From the IMG/VR virus record IMGVR_UViG_2690316099_000003: DNA of 13,075 nt; one strand, given 5' to 3'. Shown one piece after another: positions 1 to 6,353 of the stretch (position 1 is the stretch's first letter; each line of letters opens with the position of its first letter). Under the pieces are notes generated by a model that saw only the letters and a list, made by a program, of their open reading frames with translations, was not told the origin of the DNA and searched no databases. The translations under genes were made by a program, and so were the position numbers. Source of the DNA: a virus. Lineage: Duplodnaviria > Heunggongvirae > Uroviricota > Caudoviricetes.

Positions 1-65
1 TAGCGGTGAATTATGGTGTTAAAAGTTAGCCCCTGACACAGGGTGGGTAGTTGGCTCTGTGTCAT

Positions 66-103
66 TGATGGGTATTAGTTCTGATATGAGCTAATACCCA
101 TCA
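66..103. repeat. 13-bp perfect inverted repeat (66-78 / 91-103, 12-nt loop) overlapping the excisionase stop codon; a second 8-bp inverted repeat at 34-41 / 57-64
   Basis: Read directly: tgatgggtattag ... ctaatacccatca. No T-run follows on either strand, so not a canonical intrinsic terminator. Confidence 0.5.
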
Positions 104-295
104 CTCAATAACTCCAGCAAACCTGTATATCTTGCGTGATGCCCATTTATTTGGGCAGGATTTAATATCAGGATCTGGAAAGTCAGGCCTGTATTTCTGG
201 CCAGTTCTCCTGTTTACGCTGTTCCAGCGAAGAACGGTCGATACTGAAACGCCACAGAAGTCGGCGACTTGTTTAGTTGTCATTAAGTTGTTCAT
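101..295 (-). CDS. AlpA/Xis-type helix-turn-helix excisionase-like protein (64 aa)
   Basis: Six-frame ORF; motif TTKQVADFCGVSVSTVLRW is typical of AlpA-family phage excisionase/regulator HTH; small size and position at the end of the leftward operon. Confidence 0.6.
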   Translation of the reverse strand: MNNLMTTKQVADFCGVSVSTVLRWNSVNRRTGQKYRPDFPDPDIKSCPNKWASRKIYRFAGVIE

Positions 296-915
296 TACTT
301 CACCTCCTGCGGTGGCTCCGGTAGCGGCATCCAGTGGGTTACTTTCGATGCCGGTTCTTCCCCATCGTCAGTAACTGCCCACCATTTGTTTCTCGACCAA
401 TCGTAATACCCTTCGAAGGTATCGCACTCAGTCCAGCCGTAAGACTTACCCCAACACCAAACATACTGTTTATCGTTCGGCATTCGCTCACTACAGCTTA
501 TCCAACCATCCTGAGTTACCGGAGAGTTGCCCGACAGCTTGTTCAACTTGTAAGTCTGACTTACAGGTTTGGCACCATGAAGCATGGTGGCGCGGCAGGC
601 GTTCCAGCCTTCATCAAAACCGACTATGCCATTATTTAAAGACGGACGAGCATCTGGCACCACCAGTACTGGCTTGGCTATATATAGCGGCTGAACATAC
701 CAGCCCATTGATAACCAACTGTCAGCAATGTTTTTGCTCCTGGTTATTGCCGGAATACCTAAGCCATTGTCTGAATGCAGCCATGCCACCGGCTCCTCTT
801 CCAGCGATGCCAGAGCAATTTCATAAGCACGGCGCTCAATATCGTCTCGAACCTCTAGGCTGCTGATTCGTTCTTTGATTTCTTTAATCAGTTCTTTATT
901 GGTAAATGTGGTCAT
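295..915 (-). CDS. DUF551-like phage protein (206 aa)
   Basis: C-terminal Trp-rich segment ending THWMPLPEPP matches recalled DUF551 signature; start ATG 915-913 forms TAATG overlap with the upstream gene's stop (coupling); GGAGG-like RBS upstream. Confidence 0.55.
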   Translation of the reverse strand: MTTFTNKELIKEIKERISSLEVRDDIERRAYEIALASLEEEPVAWLHSDNGLGIPAITRSKNIADSWLSMGWYVQPLYIAKPVLVVPDARPSLNNGIVGFDEGWNACRATMLHGAKPVSQTYKLNKLSGNSPVTQDGWISCSERMPNDKQYVWCWGKSYGWTECDTFEGYYDWSRNKWWAVTDDGEEPASKVTHWMPLPEPPQEVK

Positions 916-1277
916 TATGCTCCAGCCTCCGGCGCTTTGGGCATTACTGCCCAGTGAGTGATATTGAAGTTTTCAAGGTCCCCGACCTGAAATGTCCACT
1001 GCCATTCTCCGGTTTCTTTTTGTCCCCAGGTGTACCAGAGAGAACGCCAGCCAATCAGCCAGCCTTCTCCGTTAGCATCAAATAACAGAACACTTTCATT
1101 TGCTGGTGGCAGTTCAGCTGACACTGGTATTATTTTGTTTTCCAGTGCCGCACATTTAGCTTCAAGCGCGTCGAATTTACGTACCAGGTACTCAGCATTT
1201 GTTTCGTTCACTTTCAGATCTCGCGGTACACATTTCCCGCGAAGAAACCCTTCCATTTCGAAAACATTCATGCGCAT
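915..1277 (-). CDS. DUF551-like phage protein, YfdS-like (120 aa)
   Basis: C-terminal ITHWAVMPKAPE motif (DUF551-like); 120 aa matches the recalled size of CPS-53 YfdS; GGAG RBS about 9 nt upstream of ATG at 1277; overlaps the stop of the upstream HD-domain gene. Confidence 0.55.
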   Translation of the reverse strand: MRMNVFEMEGFLRGKCVPRDLKVNETNAEYLVRKFDALEAKCAALENKIIPVSAELPPANESVLLFDANGEGWLIGWRSLWYTWGQKETGEWQWTFQVGDLENFNITHWAVMPKAPEAGA

Positions 1278-1804
1278 TTGCGTAACTCCGATAACTCGTT
1301 AAAACGTTCCATAAACATCCCGTAGGCATGGCCAGGTGCCAGTGGAATCACGTTGAACATCTCTGTTGCCGGGATGCCTTCCAGTACAGGCCAGAAAGAG
1401 CCATCATCAAGCCCGAGATCGCGGCGTTCGGTTGCCAGCATGATAAGATCGGCATATTTCACGGGCGTACTCATAACTGGGGGTAACCCGTATTTCTCAC
1501 GGATTACGGCATCTATTTTTTCTTCCATCCGTTTATAGTCAGGAAGAAGGCGTTTCAGTGGTGCGGGGATGTCCTGGCAATACGCTTCTGTTGCATCATG
1601 CATTAACGCTTCAAAAGCAAACTCCTCCGGTACCAGCTGGCTGCAAAGCACCGCATGTTGGGCAACGCTGTAGAAGTGTGAAAGATGACCAGCAAAGCGA
1701 CAGATATTTGAAAGGGAAACCGCGATATCGTTAATATCGATGTTGTCTTTATTTATCCTGTCATAATAAAAATGCTTCCCGGAAAAAGTTTTAATAAATG
1801 ACAT
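1268..1804 (-). CDS. yfdR: HD-domain phosphohydrolase, 5'-deoxynucleotidase YfdR-like (178 aa)
   Basis: Track ORF 1268-1867 trimmed to the internal ATG at 1804-1802 (MSFIKTF...), which has a GGAGAA RBS and gives 178 aa, the recalled size of YfdR. HD motif context (LMHDATEAY, RFAGH) visible in translation. Confidence 0.7.
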   Translation of the reverse strand: MSFIKTFSGKHFYYDRINKDNIDINDIAVSLSNICRFAGHLSHFYSVAQHAVLCSQLVPEEFAFEALMHDATEAYCQDIPAPLKRLLPDYKRMEEKIDAVIREKYGLPPVMSTPVKYADLIMLATERRDLGLDDGSFWPVLEGIPATEMFNVIPLAPGHAYGMFMERFNELSELRKCA

Positions 1805-1889
1805 TTTGTTCTCCACGTTATATGCGCTGCACCGCGCTGAATTCGGGTAAAAGGAAACCCTCACCATCCGGCGATTATTGAGTTAATTA

Positions 1890-1912
1890 CGTTTCCATAA
1901 ATGCCCCCGCAG
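1890..1912. terminator. Stem-loop aaatgcccc-cgca-ggggcattt between the yfdR-like start and yfdQ-like stop; possible weak terminator or processing site
   Basis: Perfect 8-9 bp GC-rich inverted repeat read directly; flanking T-run is weak, so terminator function is uncertain. Confidence 0.3.
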
Positions 1913-1932
1913 GGGCATTTGCAGTAATGAAA

Positions 1933-2757
1933 TCAGGCGGTGAAAGTACCAATAAAGGTTTCTACTTTGCTGTCTTTGAATTTCTCAACAAGCAGATCAC
2001 GAAATTCGTTAGCCATTTCTTCCTGCACTGCTTCCAGCTGAATAATGCGCAGAACCAGTACAGGACGATCGCCAGTGATAATGCTGAGGCGTAATTTAAA
2101 TGGACGTTCTTTCAGACCTTCAAACGGAACGCATTTAAATTCAAATGCCACTGGCATAATATCTTTGGTCTTCGCTTCGACAGACTCCATCAGGGAGCGT
2201 TTGCCGCTGAAGTCATTATCTTCAAAATCAGCGGTCTGGTTTGCTTCAATCGTGATTTTACGGACCGCCGCAGCCGCTTTTGTTGCCTGAATAGCGTCAC
2301 CATTAGCATCAAAGCCCACAAGGTAGTCGGCCCAGTCTTCAATCCATTCTGCCAGTGACTTCTGGGAGTTACGCTCGCCATTAACAGACAACAGAGCAGA
2401 GAACGGTGCTGTCTTTTTCAGTTTGAGTGTGGCGGTGTTATCTGCGTGACCTGGTTCACCAATAGTACCCAGGTTAAGCACACTGACGGCTCGCATATTA
2501 TCGGTATCGATAAAGCAGCGGGTGCCTTCATCTGCAAGATCTTTAGAATAACGGGTAAAGTCATCGATGCTGGCAGTGGAAAGCGCACCACGGAAACGGA
2601 AGCGATTTAAATTAAATTTTTCCAGATCATGAATGCGGAAATTCTCAGGCAATGCCACAGCATCGGCACCAATCTTACTGATAATTTCATTAACACCCTG
2701 AGCAGAAATAAGGGCATGGATTTGATTAATTGCGGTTGCGTCTAAGTTCTGAGACAT
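1933..2757 (-). CDS. yfdQ: DUF2303 / YfdQ-family phage protein (274 aa)
   Basis: 274 aa ORF with GAGGA RBS about 7 nt upstream of ATG 2757; size and neighbourhood (between YfdP-like and YfdR-like genes) match the recalled CPS-53 yfdP-yfdQ-yfdR arrangement. Confidence 0.65.
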   Translation of the reverse strand: MSQNLDATAINQIHALISAQGVNEIISKIGADAVALPENFRIHDLEKFNLNRFRFRGALSTASIDDFTRYSKDLADEGTRCFIDTDNMRAVSVLNLGTIGEPGHADNTATLKLKKTAPFSALLSVNGERNSQKSLAEWIEDWADYLVGFDANGDAIQATKAAAAVRKITIEANQTADFEDNDFSGKRSLMESVEAKTKDIMPVAFEFKCVPFEGLKERPFKLRLSIITGDRPVLVLRIIQLEAVQEEMANEFRDLLVEKFKDSKVETFIGTFTA

Positions 2758-2823
2758 AATAAGTCCTCACTATATTAAAGATATTCAGTGATAAGATGAA
2801 TAATTAGTTTATTAAAAACGATA

Positions 2824-3186
2824 TTAACGACCTGCTGCGCGGAGTTTTCCGTCAGGTTCACCGGCAAGAGTCAGTAATTGTCCCTGGTCTTCCTGCAGAA
2901 TAGTCAGGCGACCACCGCGATTGACATACATCGGCGTTTCGGTGGTGTCTTCTTCGGAAATTTTCCCGCGGTTAGTCGGGCGAACATATGAGAGTTTGTG
3001 TTTGATTTTCACACGGTTCTCATCAAACGGTTCGATTTCCAGGTTGAGCGAGACCTTACCTTTGGTTTTCGTGTTCATCACACCGGAAGCGACTTCACTG
3101 AGAACAGCGCCGATTTTGGTTTCAAATACGCCGCCGTCCAGCTCCCCGATAAATGCCTGCACATCAGTACTGCGTTCGCTAGCCAT
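2824..3186 (-). CDS. yfdP: YfdP-like phage protein (120 aa), first gene of the leftward early operon
   Basis: Track ORF 2824-3504 trimmed to ATG 3186-3184 (MASERSTDVQ...), preceded by GAGGAG about 9 nt upstream; gives 120 aa. The upstream 106 codons of the long ORF lie in the structured GC-rich island and are unlikely to be coding. Confidence 0.5.
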   Translation of the reverse strand: MASERSTDVQAFIGELDGGVFETKIGAVLSEVASGVMNTKTKGKVSLNLEIEPFDENRVKIKHKLSYVRPTNRGKISEEDTTETPMYVNRGGRLTILQEDQGQLLTLAGEPDGKLRAAGR

Positions 3187-3234
3187 TTTGCTGCTCCTCA
3201 TCATATCGACCCTGCAAGGTCGGTTGGTTTCTCC

Positions 3235-3368
3235 ACAAAACAGAGAAGAACACCTGCGGTGGCAGCCGCCCGGATGGATTGGGTTATGAGCCCGTCGTCC
3301 GATGATGCTCTTCTCTGTTTTGTAAAAAGTACGGTACCAGCCGGAAGCAAGGGTACAAGCTGGTACCG
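3235..3368. repeat. Structured element: 15-bp perfect inverted repeat (3235-3249 / 3309-3323, 59-nt loop) followed by a 10-bp perfect inverted repeat (3332-3341 / 3359-3368, 17-nt loop)
   Basis: Read directly: acaaaacagagaaga ... tcttctctgttttgt and cggtaccagc ... gctggtaccg. Sits in a GC-rich non-coding island between the YfdP-like start and the orphan ORF at 3656. Confidence 0.6.
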
Positions 3369-3655
3369 CCAAGACTACACACAGCATAAAGTTGTGGTGC
3401 CGGGTGCCTCCCGGTGCCTGGCGAAGGTTGTACACCAGACGGGTGGGTATCCACAGAAGGTCGACTGTCAGCCTCAACCTTAACCCGCGTGCGCTGAGCC
3501 GCATTCACCACAACGCTAAGGATTCTCTCTGGTTGAAAATACTTAGCTGTTATGTGCCTGCTTTTAGCCACATCAGGCGAGGTGGACCTGGTTATTCCCC
3601 AACAACAAGGATTTGGTTAATCTGGATACCCCCAACAACTAGCTGAGTATTCAAC

Positions 3656-4177
3656 GTGATAGCTGAACTGTCTGCGGCTATGGCTGCTATAAAGGAGACT
3701 GCCGGTCTTGCTAAGGTTATTAATGACGCGAAAACGGATGCAGAAGTTAAAGCTGCAACCATTGAACTCCAGAACAAACTAATCACGCTTCAGGCAGAAT
3801 GCTTCTCTCTTGGCGATGCGATCCGCCTTCGTGATGAAGAGGTGATGCATCTCAAAGCAAAAATTGCAGAGTTTGAAGATTTTTGTGCCAAGGTAGAAGG
3901 ATATGTCCTTGATCAGCTTGACTCTGGTGCTTTTGTTTACTCTAAAAATGAAATTGTGAGTGGAAAAGAAATAACTGTGCATCTGTGCCCACTTTGTTAT
4001 TCCAAAAATATAAAATCGATACTTCATCCGCTTCCAGTAGGTAAAACTTCTCATTTTCTTACAAGCCGTTGCCTTCACTGTGAAAATAAATTTCTTATGG
4101 AAAAAAATCCGATGTACGAACGACCAAGATCATTACGTGAGTCGGGGCGAGATCTGAATTCGCCTTGGATTCCTTAA
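3656..4177 (+). CDS. Orphan hypothetical protein, coiled-coil N-terminus plus C-terminal CxxC...CxxC zinc ribbon (173 aa from GTG 3656; alternative ATG at 3680)
   Basis: Longest ORF in an AT-rich segment; CPLC and CLHC pairs about 26 residues apart; convergent with cI; no convincing SD for either start, so start and coding status are uncertain. Confidence 0.45.
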   Translation: MIAELSAAMAAIKETAGLAKVINDAKTDAEVKAATIELQNKLITLQAECFSLGDAIRLRDEEVMHLKAKIAEFEDFCAKVEGYVLDQLDSGAFVYSKNEIVSGKEITVHLCPLCYSKNIKSILHPLPVGKTSHFLTSRCLHCENKFLMEKNPMYERPRSLRESGRDLNSPWIP

Positions 4178-4208
4178 ATCTTGCATTGGTTGGATGATAC
4201 CCAGATTG

Positions 4209-4281
4209 NNNNNNNNNNNNNNNNNNNNNNNNNNNNNNNNNNNNNNNNNNNNNNNNNNNNNNNNNNNNNNNNNNNNNNNNN
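4209..4281. other. Assembly gap (73 N) flanked on both sides by the same octamer ccagattg
   Basis: Run of n characters read directly; true length and content unknown. Confidence 0.95.
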
Positions 4282-4298
4282 CCAGATTGTTAAAGATC

Positions 4299-4323
4299 GA
4301 AGCGTCCTATAGGGCGCTTTTTT
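4299..4323 (+). terminator. Rho-independent terminator (plus strand): stem gaagcgtcc / gggcgcttt, loop tata, then T-run
   Basis: Hairpin with one G-U wobble followed by tttttt, read directly; lies just right of the gap and downstream of the orphan ORF. Confidence 0.5.
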
Positions 4324-4442
4324 GTTGCTAACGAATCATCCTGGACTTCATTTGCCCCAGGAGGCTACTTTGTGGGCGTCCTGCCTGTTCGTTATCTTTG
4401 ATATTAAATCTAACTTAACTTAGTTTTTAAGGCAAGAGGAAA

Positions 4443-4466
4443 CACCAAACTTTTCTTAGTTTGGTG
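4443..4466 (-). terminator. Stem-loop caccaaac / gtttggtg (8-nt loop) immediately downstream of the cI stop; candidate cI terminator and/or OL operator region
   Basis: Inverted repeat read directly; on the minus strand it is followed by tttcctctt (moderately T-rich). It also contains one copy of the recurring cttagttt motif. Confidence 0.35.
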
Positions 4467-4488
4467 CCTTGGTTAGAGAAGGGAGGTA

Positions 4489-5115
4489 CTAGAGTTCGTA
4501 TTGAACTCCTTTGACTACACCAATGATCAGGCAATTACCATTGATTGGGATGTTGGGATACCGTGGATTTAATGGCACTAAAAACTTTTGAGGACCATCG
4601 ATGACTAATTTTTTTACTGTAGCTTCGTTCGTTCCATCAAGTCGAGCAATGACTATTTTTCCATGACGAGGTTCTGCATCAGGATCTACAATCACTGTTG
4701 CACCTTCTGGTATTGTTGGGAGGCCATTAGGATTAGTCATGGAGTCGCCTTTAACTTCTAATGCAAATGAGTTATCACCAATCTTTAAAGATGTATCTAC
4801 CCACTTGTCCACTTCACTAAACACTTCTGCTGCCCTGCACTCAGTAAACTGCCCAGCCTGAACCCACGAAATTACAGGAACTCTGCGCATGTTTGTGACT
4901 AGTTTGCCTTCAAACTCAGCACCATAAAGAATGTAATCTATTGACGTATTAAAGAACTTCGCTAATTTCGAAAGTGCTTCCCCGCCAGGGACATTGATGT
5001 CTTTTTCCCAGTACCCCACAGCAACGTCACTTACCCCACAAAATTTACCCAATTCTTTCTGGGACGTTCTGGTAACCCTTCTCAGAGCTTTTATACGCTG
5101 ACCAACCGTTTCCAT
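4489..5115 (-). CDS. cI-like phage repressor: N-terminal HTH plus C-terminal S24 (LexA-type) autopeptidase domain (208 aa)
   Basis: N-terminal HTH (VGQRIKALRR...TSQKELGKFCGVSDVAVGYWE); C-terminal GDSM catalytic Ser motif and downstream KK (VKKLV) typical of S24 self-cleaving repressors; divergent from the Cro-like gene. Confidence 0.8.
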   Translation of the reverse strand: METVGQRIKALRRVTRTSQKELGKFCGVSDVAVGYWEKDINVPGGEALSKLAKFFNTSIDYILYGAEFEGKLVTNMRRVPVISWVQAGQFTECRAAEVFSEVDKWVDTSLKIGDNSFALEVKGDSMTNPNGLPTIPEGATVIVDPDAEPRHGKIVIARLDGTNEATVKKLVIDGPQKFLVPLNPRYPNIPINGNCLIIGVVKGVQYEL

Positions 5116-5213
5116 AGGAGCACCATTTCTTAAATTACTAAGTAATCTTAGTTTTTATTGACCTAAGATAGATTGATAATTAACATCTAATAAAACTTAG
5201 TTTTGGAGGGCGT
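5116..5213. promoter_or_regulatory. Divergent immunity-region control region (PRM/PR-like) with operator-like palindrome ACTAAG-TAAT-CTTAGT (5137-5152) and further CTTAG/CTAAG half-sites (5163-5167, 5196-5200); candidate PR -35 ttgacc (5158-5163), 17 bp, -10 taacat (5181-5186)
   Basis: 98 bp AT-rich gap between divergent cI-like and Cro-like starts; palindrome and half-sites read directly; promoter hexamers are by-eye matches to the sigma70 consensus. Confidence 0.55.
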
Positions 5214-5414
5214 ATGACAACTGACGATATCGAAAGCTACTTCGGCAGTATTGAGAAAGTTGCTGCTTTTTTCGGCATAACAACTGAGGCCGTTTATCAG
5301 TGGCGAAACCGTCCGGGCCAGTTAATTCCAAAAGGACGTGCAGCAGAAGCAGCATATAGAACTTGCGGACGGTTGCCATTTAAACCTGAGCTTTATGAAA
5401 AATCTAATGGATAA
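5214..5414 (+). CDS. Cro-like small HTH regulator (66 aa)
   Basis: Small ORF divergent from cI with GGAGGG RBS; HTH-like segment EKVAAFFGITTEAVYQWRN; stop overlaps the start of the next gene. Confidence 0.6.
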   Translation: MTTDDIESYFGSIEKVAAFFGITTEAVYQWRNRPGQLIPKGRAAEAAYRTCGRLPFKPELYEKSNG

Positions 5415-6009
5415 ATCGATTAACAGAAACCACAGAACGATGAGGCTAACCGTGGGTAAGTATCACTGGAAAGTAGAAAAACAGCCTGAGTGGTACGTGA
5501 AAGCTGTCAGAAAAACTATCGCAGCGTTGCCGGGTGGTTACGCTGAAGCAGCTGACTGGCTGGATGTAACAGAGAACGCATTATTTAACCGCCTTCGTGC
5601 CGATGGCGATCAGATTTTCCCGCTGGGATGGGCAATGATTTTACAACGTGCTGGTGGCACTCACTTCATTGCTGACGCTGTGGCGCAGTCTGCAAATGGC
5701 GTCTTTGTGTCTCTTCCTGACGTCGAGGATGTGGACAATGCCGATATTAACCAGCGTTTACTGGAAGTCATTGAACAGATCGGCAGTTATTCAAAACAGA
5801 TTCGTTCGGCAATCGAAGACGGTGTAGTGGAACCGCATGAGAAGACAGCAATTAACGACGAGCTGTACCTCTCAATTTCGAAGCTGCAGGAGCATGCAGC
5901 ACTTGTCTACAAAATTTTTTGCGTTTCAGAAAGTAATGACGCCCGCGAGTGTGCAGCTCCGGGCGTCGTGGCGTCGATTGCTTCTGGTTGTGGAGAAACT
6001 AACGCATGA
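5395..6009 (+). CDS. Phage CII-like regulatory protein (CP76-family-like), start ambiguous (5395 or 5407; track ORF begins 5338)
   Basis: Position right after cro; ATG at 5407 overlaps the cro stop (ATGGATAA), suggesting coupling. Family assignment is from recalled similarity to prophage CII (CP76) proteins, not a search. Confidence 0.45.
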   Translation: MKNLMDKSINRNHRTMRLTVGKYHWKVEKQPEWYVKAVRKTIAALPGGYAEAADWLDVTENALFNRLRADGDQIFPLGWAMILQRAGGTHFIADAVAQSANGVFVSLPDVEDVDNADINQRLLEVIEQIGSYSKQIRSAIEDGVVEPHEKTAINDELYLSISKLQEHAALVYKIFCVSESNDARECAAPGVVASIASGCGETNA

Positions 6010-6344
6010 ACAGTTTAACAACACACTACCGTCGCTCGCAACTGATTGCGCTTCCTGTACCGGGTGGAAAAGCGAAGGTGGAGTATTGCTATGCAGTAAA
6101 TGTACCAGGTGACAGGGAAATTGTAACCCACAGCTTTGCTGAGTGGGCTGTGGGTGATTTCAACCGGCAGAAGGAGACAGTCCTTTGCGACAAGTTAACC
6201 GCTGGTTCAAAGATCACTACGGAGTACCCGTCAGAGTCATTCGTTGGGAACCGGAAACACAACGGGTTATCTACCTCCGCGAAGGCTATGAGCATGAGTG
6301 CTTCAGCCCGCTCGAACAGTTTCGTCGTAAATTCAGGGAAATAG
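6006..6344 (+). CDS. Hypothetical protein (112 aa)
   Basis: ATG overlaps the previous stop (ATGA at 6006-6009) and ends 9 bp before the next RBS/start, consistent with an operon; no recognisable domain. Confidence 0.4.
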   Translation: MNSLTTHYRRSQLIALPVPGGKAKVEYCYAVNVPGDREIVTHSFAEWAVGDFNRQKETVLCDKLTAGSKITTEYPSESFVGNRKHNGLSTSAKAMSMSASARSNSFVVNSGK

Positions 6345-6353
6345 AGGTCGGTC

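Noticed and set aside
1-65. Possible minus-strand ORF starting at ATG 65-63 and running off the left edge (MTQSQLPTLCQGLTFNTIIHR...), considered as an integrase start
   Set aside because: No RBS, sequence unlike tyrosine-integrase N-termini, and it overlaps the hairpins; cannot be assessed without more sequence.
2921-3483. Plus-strand ORFs of 122 and 161 aa antisense to the YfdP-like gene
   Set aside because: They overlap a better-supported minus-strand gene and the structured island, and lack RBS or domain signal; treated as spurious.
3284-3571. 95-aa minus-strand ORF in the structured island, considered as a possible N-like antiterminator
   Set aside because: No Arg-rich N-terminal motif, Pro/Gly/Ser-rich low-complexity composition, no RBS, and it spans the perfect inverted repeats; more likely a chance ORF in GC-rich structured DNA.
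3500-3655. Possible ToxI-like tandem RNA repeats (type III toxin-antitoxin) upstream of the orphan ORF
   Set aside because: Only one 10-bp direct repeat (ccccaacaac, 33 bp apart) and irregular tggtt spacing; no regular ~36-nt tandem array.
3779-4078. 99-aa minus-strand ORF antisense to the orphan zinc-ribbon ORF
   Set aside because: Lys/Phe-rich translation typical of the wrong frame in AT-rich DNA; no RBS.
5338-5394. Upstream extension of the CII-like ORF to ATG 5338
   Set aside because: It would overlap most of the Cro-like gene in another frame; the starts at 5395 or 5407 are better supported by coupling.
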